From contig CAVUVW010000013.1 in NCBI GenBank assembly GCA_963745035.1, forward strand, positions 480,001-544,000: 64,000 nt of DNA, in the 5' to 3' direction. The notes beneath the pieces are model-generated. The model had not been told where the DNA came from. It was given only the letters and a program-made list of their open reading frames with translations, and searched no databases. Below are positions 42,505-54,100 of the stretch, one piece after another; the stretch's first letter is position 1, and each line of letters opens with the position of its first letter. The DNA is from an uncultured delta proteobacterium (GTDB lineage: Bacteria > Desulfobacterota > Binatia > UBA9968). Made by a program: the position numbers and the translations under genes.

Positions 42505-43341
42505 ATGAGCTACTTCCGAGATGTCCCAATTGCGCAGGTGCGAGATTTCTGGAACCGCCGTCCGTGTAACATCCGCCATTCCTCAAGACCGATCGGCGAG
42601 CGGGAGTATTTCGATGAAGTGGAGGCTAGAAAGTACTTTGTCGAGCCCCACATCCCTGGGTTCGCTGCATTCTCCCAATGGTCCGGCAAACGTGTCCTCG
42701 AGGTGGGTTGCGGGATCGGCACGGACACCATAAATTTTGCGCGGGCCGGCGCCCAAGTTACGGCGATCGACCTCTCGGAACGATCCCTTGAAATTGCCAG
42801 AAACCGCGCGGCGGTTTATAAGCTCACCAACATTAATTTCGTTCACGCCAACGTGGAGGAGTTGGCAGCAATCCTACCTGCAACAACACGCTACGACCTT
42901 GTGTACTCGTTTGGAGTCCTTCACCATACCCCAAATCCAAACACAGCGCTCAGGCAGATGGTGTCCTTTCTCGCGCCTGGGGGAACGCTAAAATTAATGG
43001 TTTATCATCGCTACTCCTGGAAGGCATTCGTTGTCGTAATGAGCTATGGCCGTGGAGCTTTCTGGAATCTGGATCGAATTATCGCGCAGCATTCGGAGGC
43101 CCAGGAAGGTTGTCCGGTAACCTATGCCTATACGGAGCGACAGCTCCAGGCGTTGATCGAAGGTGCAGGGTGTCGTATTCAAGAACTCTTCGTGGACCAC
43201 ATCTTTCCCTGGCGAATACCGGCTTACGTTCAGTACCGATATGAAAAGGTCTGGTATTTTAGAATTGTTCCGCTAACTGTTTTCCGTTGGCTCGAAACTC
43301 ACTTCGGCTGGCATTTGTGCGCGACGGCTGTCAAGCCATGA
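42505..43341 (+). CDS. class I SAM-dependent methyltransferase
   Basis: VLEVGCGIG, DLVYSFGVLHH, L.PGG. Confidence 0.88.
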   Translation: MSYFRDVPIAQVRDFWNRRPCNIRHSSRPIGEREYFDEVEARKYFVEPHIPGFAAFSQWSGKRVLEVGCGIGTDTINFARAGAQVTAIDLSERSLEIARNRAAVYKLTNINFVHANVEELAAILPATTRYDLVYSFGVLHHTPNPNTALRQMVSFLAPGGTLKLMVYHRYSWKAFVVVMSYGRGAFWNLDRIIAQHSEAQEGCPVTYAYTERQLQALIEGAGCRIQELFVDHIFPWRIPAYVQYRYEKVWYFRIVPLTVFRWLETHFGWHLCATAVKP

Positions 43342-44315
43342 CTGTCTCCTTAACCCTTTTCACTACCTGTAAGCCCTTCGTAGGGAAGGTTGCCCGCCGC
43401 CAACGTAACGCCCTTCGCAGTTGGGCCCTCGGACCGCGTTGCGATGTCGTTGTTTTCGGTGACGAACCTGGGGTTCGGGAGATTTGTGAAGAGTTCGGCT
43501 TTTGTCAGATTCCAACCGTTGATCGGACCGCTCTCGGAACGCCGCTGGTCAGCCATCTCTTTGAAGCGGTGGAAAATGCCACCCGTGCCGACTTTCTCGC
43601 CTTCGTCAATGCCGACATCATGCTGACAAGCGATCTCATAGCGGCATTCGAAGCTGTGCAAAATCGGTTCGAACGTTTTCTGATGATAGCGCGGCGCTGG
43701 AACGTGGAGTTAGCGGACGATTGGGACTTTATGTCTCCTTCGTGGGAAGCCAAGCTGCGCGCGTATGTTCGTGAGCACGGCACCATCGAACCCTCTTACG
43801 GGGGGGTAGATCTTTTCGTTTACCGTCGTGGCTTGTGGAAACATCTGCAACCCTTTGCGATCGGGCGCACACGGTGGGACAGCGGTCTCATCTATGAAGC
43901 GCGCAAGCTGGGTGCTCCTGTGATCGAAACGACCAGGGTCGTCACTGCGGTCCACCCAAACCATGGCTACTCTCACGATCCGCAAGACACCTCCGGCTTT
44001 TTTAAAGGCCCCGAGGCTCTTCGCAATCAGTCTCTCCTCGGCGGGGACGAGTTCATTTTTACCTCCCTCAACGCGACACATGTTCTCACCGAGTCTGGCA
44101 TTCGTCCGAATCGGGTTTGGTTTCCCCCTTATTTGCTGCGACAGATTGCGACCCTGCCGGCCCTTCATCCAAGGCTTCGCCCGCTCGCCCCAGTAGTTAG
44201 ATTCCTAGCGCCCTGGTGGAGGAGACTTCGCCCACGGAAGAAAAACCGGCGGAGCCGGTCGCTACGCGCTATCCCCACAGTGCGCCAACAAACGTCGACC
44301 GACTCCAAAAACTAA
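43338..44315 (+). CDS. putative GT-A glycosyltransferase
   Basis: KPF.G...QRNA.RSW, GTPL, FVNADI, FAIGR..WD; translationally coupled within the operon. Confidence 0.6.
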   Translation: MTVSLTLFTTCKPFVGKVARRQRNALRSWALGPRCDVVVFGDEPGVREICEEFGFCQIPTVDRTALGTPLVSHLFEAVENATRADFLAFVNADIMLTSDLIAAFEAVQNRFERFLMIARRWNVELADDWDFMSPSWEAKLRAYVREHGTIEPSYGGVDLFVYRRGLWKHLQPFAIGRTRWDSGLIYEARKLGAPVIETTRVVTAVHPNHGYSHDPQDTSGFFKGPEALRNQSLLGGDEFIFTSLNATHVLTESGIRPNRVWFPPYLLRQIATLPALHPRLRPLAPVVRFLAPWWRRLRPRKKNRRSRSLRAIPTVRQQTSTDSKN

Positions 44316-45089
44316 TGATGATTTATCCAAATTTCTACCAAACTTGGGATGTCATTTCTGTCTTGCTCAGTAAGGAAGTCAAACTTCGCTACCGTGGAAC
44401 GGCTCTCGGCATTCTCTGGTCCCTAGCCAATCCTCTGGCCTTTACCGCCGTCCTTTATATCGCGTTCAGACGCGTTCTCCAGGTCAATATTGAGAACTAT
44501 CCTCTCTTTATCCTTTCAGCACTTTTCCCATGGCAGTGGCTTTCAAATTCGGTAGGTAGCGCGTCGATGCTTTTTATCTCGAATGGCGCGCTTATCAAAA
44601 GGCTACCGTTTAACAAAGCCACGCTCGCGGTTGCCCTGGTGCTGAACGATATGATCCACTTCTGCATAACGATCCCACTTTTCACAGTGTTTCTCATTCA
44701 TCTCGCGTGACCACGGTCCTTCTCTAAATTGGCTGGTGGGTATACCCATTCTCCTAGTCACTCAGACGTTACTGACATTGGCGATCGTCATTGTCCTCGC
44801 GACCTTAAACGCCCTTTTGCGCGATCTCGACCAACTGGTTCGGGTGTTTCTCCTGCTTTTGTTTTACGTCACTCCAGTGCTGTATCCAGCGTCAATGGTG
44901 CCGAAAAATCTCGAATGGCTTCTGTTCGCCAATCCATTCTCTCCTTTAATGATCTCGTGGCGTGCGTTAATGATGGACAATGACCTAAGCCCGTATATTG
45001 TTGTGGCCGTTGGCCACGCATGCCTAGCTCTCCTTATCGCCATTCCAGTCTTCAGGAGAACAGAGTGGAAGCTGGCAGAGCTCGTATGA
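44315..45089 (+). CDS. wzm: polysaccharide ABC transporter permease (frameshift near 44705)
   Basis: RYRGT.LG.LW.L.NPL, PW.W.S.S, RDL.Q, FYVTPVLYP, NPFS. Confidence 0.85.
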
Positions 45090-45865
45090 GGCAAGTCCTA
45101 ATTCTTGAGAAAGTTACTAAAGAGTTCCGGACCTATCACCACTACCATGCTGGCCTGAAAGCACTTGTATTAGATCCTCGTCAGATAATGCGGCACCGTC
45201 AGAGAGACAGGTTCTTAGCTATCAACGAAGTCTCCTTTGCCGTCTACAGTGGAGAAACGTTCGGCATCCTGGGTCGAAATGGAGCAGGGAAAAGTACTTT
45301 GCTGAGTATGATTGCCGGTGTCTTGCGGCCGACTTTCGGCAAAATCTCAGTCCATGGGCGTATATCGCCCCTGCTCGAACTGGGCGTTGGTTTTACGCAA
45401 GAGCTTACCGGCGTCGAAAACATTCTCATTAATGGAGTTTTGCTGGGACTTCGCAGAAAAGAAATCGAAGCTAAGTTGGCTGAGATCATCAGTTTCTCTG
45501 GGCTAGGTTCGTTCATCGATCAACCGCTCAAGACGTATTCCTCCGGAATGCAGATTCGCCTCGGGTTCGCTATCGCGATCCATGTGCAGCCCGATATCCT
45601 GCTTATCGACGAAGTGCTGGCAGTGGGGGACGCAGAATTTCAAGAAAAATGCTTTACCCGCATAGCGGATCTTCAAAGGGCAGGCGTAACCATCGTATTG
45701 GTTTCGCACAATTTGAACACCGTAGAAACGCTCTGCGATCGTGCGGTGTGGATCGACAAAGGCCGGATCGTTACGCTCGGTTCTCCGCAGGAGGTTGTTG
45801 CGCGCTATCAATCCGAAATCGCCCACCTCGTAGCAACTCAAAAATCAGCGAGTGCATCGGTGTAA
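45086..45865 (+). CDS. wzt: polysaccharide ABC transporter ATPase lacking a C-terminal carbohydrate-binding domain
   Basis: GRNGAGKST, YSSGM, IDEVLAVGD..F..KC, VSH; only ~259 aa. Confidence 0.9.
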   Translation: MRQVLILEKVTKEFRTYHHYHAGLKALVLDPRQIMRHRQRDRFLAINEVSFAVYSGETFGILGRNGAGKSTLLSMIAGVLRPTFGKISVHGRISPLLELGVGFTQELTGVENILINGVLLGLRRKEIEAKLAEIISFSGLGSFIDQPLKTYSSGMQIRLGFAIAIHVQPDILLIDEVLAVGDAEFQEKCFTRIADLQRAGVTIVLVSHNLNTVETLCDRAVWIDKGRIVTLGSPQEVVARYQSEIAHLVATQKSASASV

Positions 45866-45903
45866 TTGACGCCACTGTGGTCTAAATCTGAAGTCGGCAA
45901 GAC

Positions 45904-48135
45904 GTGAGAATCGCGTTCCTCAATCCTTGGAAAAATGCTGCCGAGAATCAAGCCTTTCGGTCTCTGCAGATTGCCGCGGGGCGCGTCGGACATGAGTTGC
46001 TACATTGTCGTAACAGTGGCGACGTCGATGCCTGCGCTCCTGATTTTGTACTCGCTTCCGCCTCGACACAGCCCAAGTTAAGCGATTGTCCCCACTATGG
46101 TGTGATCCATGAGCCGAGGGATCGATTCCTTGAGAACCGGGCGTACTTTCAAAATCTGCTTTCCTATGATGGCTATTTTACCATTGCTGATTCTTTGCAG
46201 CGTTTCCTCCGTGATATTTGCTATCGCGTGGGTCGGTCACAGGAGATCGGCTTTTACTATAATACCTGTCAGCGTCAGCAGCGCTCAGCCGACCTCGCTT
46301 CTTTGCTCCGCCACAGAAAATTGTTGCTCACCTATTTTGGCACGAACTGGGACCACCGCCGCAAGAACTTCTTTCGGAGGTTGAGCGAAGTGGACGACGT
46401 CCAGATCTGCGGTCCAACCCATTCCTGGCCAGAGATCCACAGCAAATCCTATGGTGGCGCTTTGGATTTCGACGGGGATGGGGTCCAAGCGCGCTATGCA
46501 GCCAATGGCCTCGGCTTATGTCTTCTCTCGGAGCTCCACTGCCGCGACGATGTTATCTCGAATCGGATCTTCGAAATCATCTCCGTCGGCGCCATTGCCA
46601 TCTGCTGTGACATACCCTGGATCCGGAAGTATTTTGGCGATAGCGTATATTACATTGACCAAAATCTTCCCGACAAAGCCCTCGTCCGGGCGATTCTCCG
46701 CTGCTGGAACGAAATCTATAGCCACCCAGAAACTGCGTTGGACAAGGCCCGCAGGGCGCGCGAAATCTTCGAAGAGCGGTTCGCCGCTGAACTGCTGATC
46801 GATAACGCGGTCAAATACCACGAACGTCTCAGCGCCAACCGCCACGCCATCCTTACTCAGAGGAAAGCCTCCTATGAACCGTTCGTTTCCGTCATCATCC
46901 GCTGTGGCGGCCGTCCTGTCGACCTGATCAGACGGGCTCTGTTTTCTTTATCGCAACAGACATACGGTCAGTTCGAGGTGATCTTCGTACGCTACAAAGA
47001 CATCGATCTGAGTCCCTTGCTCTCTCAACCACATGCCAATATTCGTTCGATGAAAGTCATAGATTGTTTGGGGGCGGGCCGCAGCACTGCATTATGGACT
47101 GGACTGTCCGCCGTCACTGCTGACTACTTCGCTGTGCTTGACGATGACGACTGGCTTTTTTCCAATCACTTTGAAAAGCTCTTTGGGTCTTTCGTAAAGG
47201 TGCCAAAAAACCCTTTTCTCGCTTACTCGGGCTCCATCTCGCACTATGCCGAGCCCAAGCCCGTCGCTGGTGGTCATGAAGATCATAGGGCTCTCTTATA
47301 TTTTGAGAAAAACACTCCGGATCTCAGCTCCGTCTACTCCATGTTTGCCTCTAACTGCTTCGTCGCTTCGCGCGATCTGCTGAGTCCCGCGCTGCTCTGT
47401 GATCCCCACATGTCCACCGCCGAGGACAGCTTTCTAATTCTTTCCTTAGTCGAACAATGCCAACCGCACTTTTCCTATGCGGTTACCAGTATTCATGAGC
47501 GTGGCCGTTCCGATCAGTCAGATTTCCGTCAGCACCCTACCCGGTTCGACGATGAGTTGACGCTTCGCATACGCCTCGGCGGTAAGCAGATAGCTGCTCG
47601 CTCGGTAATCGATTTATGGGAGGAGTTATCTGTTTTCTGGAAGAATCGGCATAGGAAAGAGGCCGTGGTGGAGACCCTGGATCGCATTATCTATCGCGTT
47701 CTCGATTGCCCGATTTCCATCGAACCGGAAAAGGACCGCGAATGCGTCAGCACGGGTTTTAATCTCCAGGAGAGCAAGTTGTCCGTTGGCTCTCATGCCA
47801 TCGACCCATCTGTCGGTTCGGCTTGGGTTCAATGTCCGGAAGAGCCCTGGGCCTACGGAGCTGAACTCTGTTTGCGTCTCCCACACTCCACTGAGCTAGG
47901 ACATCTGCTCATCGCTGAGATTATCGTGGAATGTGGCGAGATCGGTATCGGTCTCCTCAACGTGTCTGAACGGGACTTCCTGATGAGAAAGAATCTCCAG
48001 CCAGGCTCCCGTATACAGGAAGTGCATATTCCGATTGCGGACCTGCTTAACGTAGGTAGATTCATCCTGCAGAACTGGCAGAATCCAGGTCCAGCCACGG
48101 CCCAGATCCTGTCGCTGAGGATCTGTAGTGAGTAG
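45904..48135 (+). CDS. multidomain glycosyltransferase (CgeB/Glyco_trans_1_2-like + GT2 + C-terminal beta domain)
   Basis: SNRIFE...GA, VSVIIR.GGR, LDDDD, C-terminal WAYGA domain. Confidence 0.75.
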   Translation: MRIAFLNPWKNAAENQAFRSLQIAAGRVGHELLHCRNSGDVDACAPDFVLASASTQPKLSDCPHYGVIHEPRDRFLENRAYFQNLLSYDGYFTIADSLQRFLRDICYRVGRSQEIGFYYNTCQRQQRSADLASLLRHRKLLLTYFGTNWDHRRKNFFRRLSEVDDVQICGPTHSWPEIHSKSYGGALDFDGDGVQARYAANGLGLCLLSELHCRDDVISNRIFEIISVGAIAICCDIPWIRKYFGDSVYYIDQNLPDKALVRAILRCWNEIYSHPETALDKARRAREIFEERFAAELLIDNAVKYHERLSANRHAILTQRKASYEPFVSVIIRCGGRPVDLIRRALFSLSQQTYGQFEVIFVRYKDIDLSPLLSQPHANIRSMKVIDCLGAGRSTALWTGLSAVTADYFAVLDDDDWLFSNHFEKLFGSFVKVPKNPFLAYSGSISHYAEPKPVAGGHEDHRALLYFEKNTPDLSSVYSMFASNCFVASRDLLSPALLCDPHMSTAEDSFLILSLVEQCQPHFSYAVTSIHERGRSDQSDFRQHPTRFDDELTLRIRLGGKQIAARSVIDLWEELSVFWKNRHRKEAVVETLDRIIYRVLDCPISIEPEKDRECVSTGFNLQESKLSVGSHAIDPSVGSAWVQCPEEPWAYGAELCLRLPHSTELGHLLIAEIIVECGEIGIGLLNVSERDFLMRKNLQPGSRIQEVHIPIADLLNVGRFILQNWQNPGPATAQILSLRICSE

Positions 48136-48276
48136 CGCTCCGCGAGCGTCGTTTCAAAAGCTGTACAACAGCATAGACGAAACCTAGCTGAGAAATCACA
48201 GACAACCGCGAAAGAATTATCAAGAGCCGAGACTTGGATAACGATGCGTAAACAATATAAGCAGCACACACGGGAT

Positions 48277-49695
48277 CTAAAGTTGCCCTCGAAAGGCATG
48301 CGGACGGAGACGGCTAATAACTGAGTCGTAAAGCCGTCGTCGCCAAGTTTTCTCGGGTGCAAGCAAATCACGCATACTCCGCCAGGCGCTGAGTAAGCGC
48401 CAGCCTGCTGAGTTCTCTACCGACTGCCAGTGCTTCTGCCATCCTTCCAGCTGCTGGCGGAGCCCAGTAATCTCGTGCTTTTGCGCCTCGACAGTTTGCT
48501 GTACCACATTCACCTGGCGTTCGCGGTCCTTTAGTTCGACGACGGTTTGCTCTAGCGCACTCACCTGGCGTTCACGGTGGTTTAGGTGGACGACGAGTTC
48601 GGAGATTTTCCGGCCTGGCTGTTCGCGTAGCCCAGTAATCTCGTGCTTTTGCGCCTCGATGGTTTGCTTTAGCGTACTCACCTCGAGTTTCTGGTCTTCT
48701 AGTTTGTTCTCGAAGGCGCTCGCTTCGCGTCGGGCGTTGTCAAGCTCGATCTTGAGCTTGCGCTCCTCCTCTTGCAGTGTGCCGTATCTGAAATCACTCG
48801 ACCTTATGGCCCACTGGAGCCACGTCAGCTCCGCCGAAATAGGTTGAACGGCTGACAGGCGGGGGTTGAGCCAGGTTTGCACGCCGTTCCCAAAATGCAT
48901 CTCACCCCACTCCGTCAGCTCAGTTCTGCCGACTCCGTAATCATTTCTCTTGTACCACCCGTGCTCCCAGAACAGCGCCCGCAGCCCCTGCTCGATGTCT
49001 GGCGTATGGGTGCCGATATGAACTCGCTTGACTTTCTGGTTCAACTCCTCGATTGCACTCTGGAGCACCACCAACTCCGCCTCTTCAACATCCAGGTCGA
49101 TCAGATCCACAAGATCAAGGGCGCCAAGAATTCGGCTCAAAGTGATCGTCTTCACCTCACGACAGGGAACTCCTTGGCTGTCCAAAAACGGGTTAGACAT
49201 CCTTTGCCCCCACCATTCGTCGGCCTTGCCGACATAGAAGCGGACCGTGCGTTCCTGGCCGTCCACAGCAGCTTCGATCAGCTCATGCTGTGCTGGATCA
49301 AGACCGTTGTCGTTGAAATGTTGCTTTAGCCATTCGAAATGTGTTGGCTCCGCTTCGACGCCAATAAGTTTAATTGGCAAGTCGCCGTGACACTGCCGGA
49401 CGGCAGCCGCGCCCTTCACAAGCCAACGGCCGAAACCGGCACCGAGGTCGACCATGGTGAACTGGTTCCGAGCGCCGCTCACGGACTCGAGCAGATCGAC
49501 CCACTCGAAGTATTCTTCGGCCGGCTGGGGATAGTCCGTCTCGAGGTACCCAGGATCAGGGAACCTCTCGCCTACGGCAGCCATCAGGCCCTCGACAAAT
49601 GCGTTCCGTGTCATCACCCCCAGAAAATCCATGTGACAGCCGGGTGGAACGAAACCCTTGAAGCGCTCGAAACGGCCGAAGATAGGATGATGCAT
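48277..49695 (-). CDS. FkbM-family methyltransferase with C-terminal coiled coil
   Basis: DLGAGFG, VEAEP, DLIDLDVEEAE, IGTH; heptad-rich repeats; NS.GWRL amphipathic tail. Confidence 0.8.
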   Translation of the reverse strand: MHHPIFGRFERFKGFVPPGCHMDFLGVMTRNAFVEGLMAAVGERFPDPGYLETDYPQPAEEYFEWVDLLESVSGARNQFTMVDLGAGFGRWLVKGAAAVRQCHGDLPIKLIGVEAEPTHFEWLKQHFNDNGLDPAQHELIEAAVDGQERTVRFYVGKADEWWGQRMSNPFLDSQGVPCREVKTITLSRILGALDLVDLIDLDVEEAELVVLQSAIEELNQKVKRVHIGTHTPDIEQGLRALFWEHGWYKRNDYGVGRTELTEWGEMHFGNGVQTWLNPRLSAVQPISAELTWLQWAIRSSDFRYGTLQEEERKLKIELDNARREASAFENKLEDQKLEVSTLKQTIEAQKHEITGLREQPGRKISELVVHLNHRERQVSALEQTVVELKDRERQVNVVQQTVEAQKHEITGLRQQLEGWQKHWQSVENSAGWRLLSAWRSMRDLLAPEKTWRRRLYDSVISRLRPHAFRGQL

Positions 49696-49758
49696 GCGTC
49701 TGCTCCGCCCCGTCTGCCTGGGCCAGACAGGCTCGAGGGCGGCTGGTCTAGTTAAATT

Positions 49759-51154
49759 TTAGCCAACACCCCGCCAGACCGGCTCCTCGACCAGTATCCG
49801 CTGGCATAGCTTGCCGAAGCTGTACTTAGTCTCAATTTGGTACTGGATGTAACGAGAGACGTCGTGTCGTCGGCGGCCATCGCTGAGATACAGATCCACC
49901 AACCCGTTCAGCTCATCGATGGTTCGGTACATCACCTGGTTGCCAACGTCACCAAGCGCGCGGTGGAAGTCCTCTTTGTAATCAAAGAGGATCAGACCAC
50001 CGCAGGCGAGACAGCCCATGATCTTTGGGGAAATTCCCGAGTTGTAGCCCAGGTTGACGATGTCCACGATGACATCGCTATTGGTAAACAGAAGCGGTAG
50101 CTCCGTGAAGTAATCGAGGCTCTTGCGCAGCCGAATATTATAGTGGCTGCGTAGAGTATCGGCGCTCTTCGGCTCGATGAAGTTGCCGAAGAAATCGTAT
50201 TCGCGAGTGAGGCCGCCCAGTACCGCCAGGCGCGCACGGGTGTTGCCAACGACTTCGATCTCGTCGTGGACAAAACGCCAAAAAAACGTGCAGTCCGGCC
50301 CAAGCCGGAGCTGCTCGCGGACGGGGCGGTCCAGCCGGTCAATCTCCGCCATCAGCAGATCCCAAAGCGAATCGGTGAGCCGTTCTTGCTTACGGGCGAG
50401 CACGCGCTCCTCAATCTCCGTCAAGACAGGCTCGTCTCGGAACGGAAGCTCTTGGCTGGCCTGGAGGTAGACGTTGCCGGCGAAGGCGACCCTAGCGCGA
50501 AACGCGCTCCGATCGACCACGCGGTATCCATGTTTGACGAAGTTCGGGTAGGCCGGTTGGAGAAACATCTTGATCTTGTCTCGGGAGAGGACGCCCAGCC
50601 GATCAAACGCCATCATGTGGCCGCTATCGGGCGAGTAGTGGTGGTACAGGGGATGATTCAAAGCCTCGCGGAGCCTCTGGATCGATCCCGGAGATAGACT
50701 GGGCCGGCTTTTCAGGCAAGGGGTGGAGACACCACCTCGGCCACTGGAGCAGGCCGTGGTCCCAGAGCATAATGACGGGGATCTGTAGGATGTCTCCGAA
50801 GATGTTTCCCTGGCCGCTGCAGCACAGCAGGGCGTACGTGGCATTCGGCAGCGACATTGCCACATCCGGGCGAAACGACCGGAGCTCCTGGGTGATTGCT
50901 TTTATATAGTCCCGGTTCGGAAATATGAAGCCGCGAGTGTCCAGCTCGAAAACAGCGGCGCCCAGCGCCCGCAATTCTTCGGCCATTTCCGTGGCGAAAT
51001 CGAAGTCCACGCCACCGAACCAGGAAAGAGGCGGACGGGTTGTGACAATGCGTAGTCCCGCCAAGGGCAGATTCAATGCTCGGAAAGGGGCTTTGCTCGG
51101 TGTGTTGGCGAATCCGCCGTCTGAAACCGGCCGATCGTTGCCATTGCTGTTCAT
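49759..51154 (-). CDS. CgeB/Glyco_trans_1_2-like glycosyltransferase (frameshift near 50700)
   Basis: two overlapping ORFs (50624-51154 and 49759-50865); AFAGN.Y, K...CLACGG. Confidence 0.65.
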
Positions 51155-54100
51155 TTGGTCAGGCTCACATCTTTGTCTTCGGGCTGTGACTGGGACGTCT
51201 CAGTGCGAGACCGGCCTAGCAGTGCCGCCCACCCACGAGCCACCAAGTCGAGCAGCCCGCGTCCTCCGATCACGGCTCTTGTCAGCCGGATACCCAGCGG
51301 CCTGGTATCGCCGGACCAACCCATGGAGGCAGGGGTCCGAGGAGTTGCGACCCGAATTACCAGGCTGAGGGATCCATCCAGGGGGATCACTTCAGGCGGC
51401 AGCTCCACGGTTCGTTGGTGCGGTGTACGATCCGGTCCCATGGTCCATTTCGCCAGCATTTTACCATCGGCCATAACCTCGACTGGAAGAGTGGGTGCCG
51501 TGAGATCCACCATGATGTCCGAGACAAACACTGAGAGCGACGTCGGTCCGTCGGGGCGAGGGTCCAGTCGCAAGGTGAGTGTGGCCTCGGTGCCTAACGT
51601 CCAGCAGCCGTACTCATCGCGTGCGCTCCATCCCGCCTCAAGGTACGGGGCGGCGTTGCCCTTGTCGGTGAAGTCGATGACCTGGCCCATCTGATAGACG
51701 GGGGCCACCAGAGGCTCGATACGGAAGCCGGTCAGCCGAAAGCCTAGTGGCCGGCTGTCGCCCGACCAGTTGAGCTGCTTCGGTGTCCTAGGTGTCCGGA
51801 TGTGAAAGGAGATGCTCAAGGGCTGCCGCCGCTTCAGGACTTCAGGCTTCACTTTGACCTTTCGTTCATGAGTGTCTCGATAGCCGAGCACCCATTTGTC
51901 GACATTCTCATCGTTGAACAACACATCCACGTCGAGATTGGGGAATTGCTCGCTGACCATTGCATCCGAAATGGTGAATACGGCGCTCACCACCTTGTCC
52001 GGCGCCAGCTCCCCGAGGTACATGATTAGGCTGGCCTCAGGGCCTAAAGTCCACGTTCCATAGTTGTCCGGCGTGCCCCAGCAGCTATCCGTGTGAAACG
52101 CTCCGCGCCCCTCGGCTGTAAAGTCGATGGGAGAACCGAGATGATAGTGGGCGTCCTCGATCCCGTGGAGACTTAAATTGTGGATCTTAATACTGAGTTC
52201 ACGCGGGTCCTCGCCGATCATCTCCTCTCCCCGATGCCGCGCAACGGCCGCGTACGACTGAGGATTCTCGATCTTGAACACGAGACGGGTGAGCGGCTTG
52301 CCTGCGAGAAGCCGCTGCGGAAGGATCAACCGGGAAGTGTAGCAGCTGTAGCGAGATGCGGACAGCCATTTTGCTATGTGCTCGTTCTCGAACCACACGT
52401 TCACAGAAATCGGCACCTCCTCGGGACCGAGGAACGTCTCCGTGACATAAACGTAGGCGATTAGATCGGTCTCCACCGCTGGGTCGATCGACAGCAAGAC
52501 CACGGCCTCCGGCCCGTCGATCCAGGTTCCTGTGTGGTCGACGACGCCCCAGCCGCCGTCCTTGTACCGGCTCGAGCTGGCCAGCGATGTAAAGTCAATC
52601 GAGTCTCCGGGAGCGAGCGGTGGGACCGACCCGTCCTGGAGGTCGTACCCGAAGAAGGATTGCATCGTCTCCTCGGTGAGCTTCCAGCGGTGCGACCGAT
52701 ACAAGCGCTCGTCGCCAACCCGCGCGCGTCCTTTGCGCACGCGGGTGTTGTAGGGTGTCTTGGTGGTGAGCAGAAACTGCGACACGAATTGATCGAACGG
52801 ATGATGGTTCGGATTGACCACGAGGAAGTCCGGCAGAGACGAGCTTGGCGTCGATCGAGATACCGTGTGACATTCCTCGGCGCAGGATGCCAAACATCGA
52901 GCGATTGCGCCCAAGCGATAGCGCTGCTCCGGTGGCCAGTCCGTGACCCGGACGACGTTCGATGACGGGAGGCGCGCGGCGTCGAGGCCGAAGTCAAAGA
53001 TCAGGACGTCGTGATTGGTGATGAGTGAGCGGATAAAGGACGGGTCTTCCGGTCCGTATTCAATAGTAGCCGCCATCCCGTCGGCCAGTTCTGGAAGCGG
53101 TGGACACATCAGGTCGGGCACCCAACCCAGGGGGCGGATAAACCCGAGGTCGCGGAAACAGGTGGCGAGCAAGGTCAGCAGCCGAGGATTGTTGCCAATG
53201 TAGAGAAGCCGCACGTCGCGCGGGTAAACGGTGAGGTTGGCCGCGACGTATGGAAGGACGTGCTCGGGCTGATAGAAGAGGTAGTTCCGCAGCTCGTTGG
53301 AGTCGGAGTGGTAGTCGTGATCCTGCGGCATCCCTAGCGTGCGCTGGACCACGGGCACGAACCGGGCTGGTGGTCCGTTACCGAAATCGATCTCCTCGAT
53401 AGCATCCTCAGGAAGACCCCAAGCGTCTGACTGGTGTTGGGCATAGGGATTCTCGATGTTATACACGAACTCGTGGGGATCGCTCTCGATCCGAAAGTCA
53501 AGTCGATGGGCCAAGGTGGGCGTCCGGGTGTGATCGCAGTGGTATCCCTTGAGACGGTCCGCCAGGCTCCCGGTAACCCCATACAGAAGAAACAGCCGCT
53601 TGCACATGTTGGAGTCCACGTGCCAGCCGTGGATCAACCGCTCATCGAATCCGAAGATGTCGAAAAGGGTCTGTCGCGGAAGGAACTGGGCGTCCCCGGG
53701 ATTGTCGAATCGCATGTACGGGTGCGCGAGCGTGACCTCGTTCAGGTGGAGCGCAGCCCCGAGTTCATTGCAGGCGCGGATGATCGCGGCTGGATCCGTT
53801 CGGGGGAACGATTCCCAGACTGGCTCCGGTAGCTCGAACCGGGGAAGAATATAGTGGCCATCCGCAAGATCACTTACGGTACTCGTGAGATCGTACTCCC
53901 TGTTTCTCGGAACGAAGATCATGTCCGTGTTGGTGGAGAGGATCCAACGGTTTTGGGGGTTCGACCGGCGGACCCCGATGTTGCGGCAGATCGCCTCGAG
54001 TGCGGCGAGATGGGTACGGGTGCCGTAGAGGCGATGGTGAACTTCGGGACGGACACGCAAGACCCGCAAGACCCGCCGGGCACGGGGCGTCAGGGTGTCG

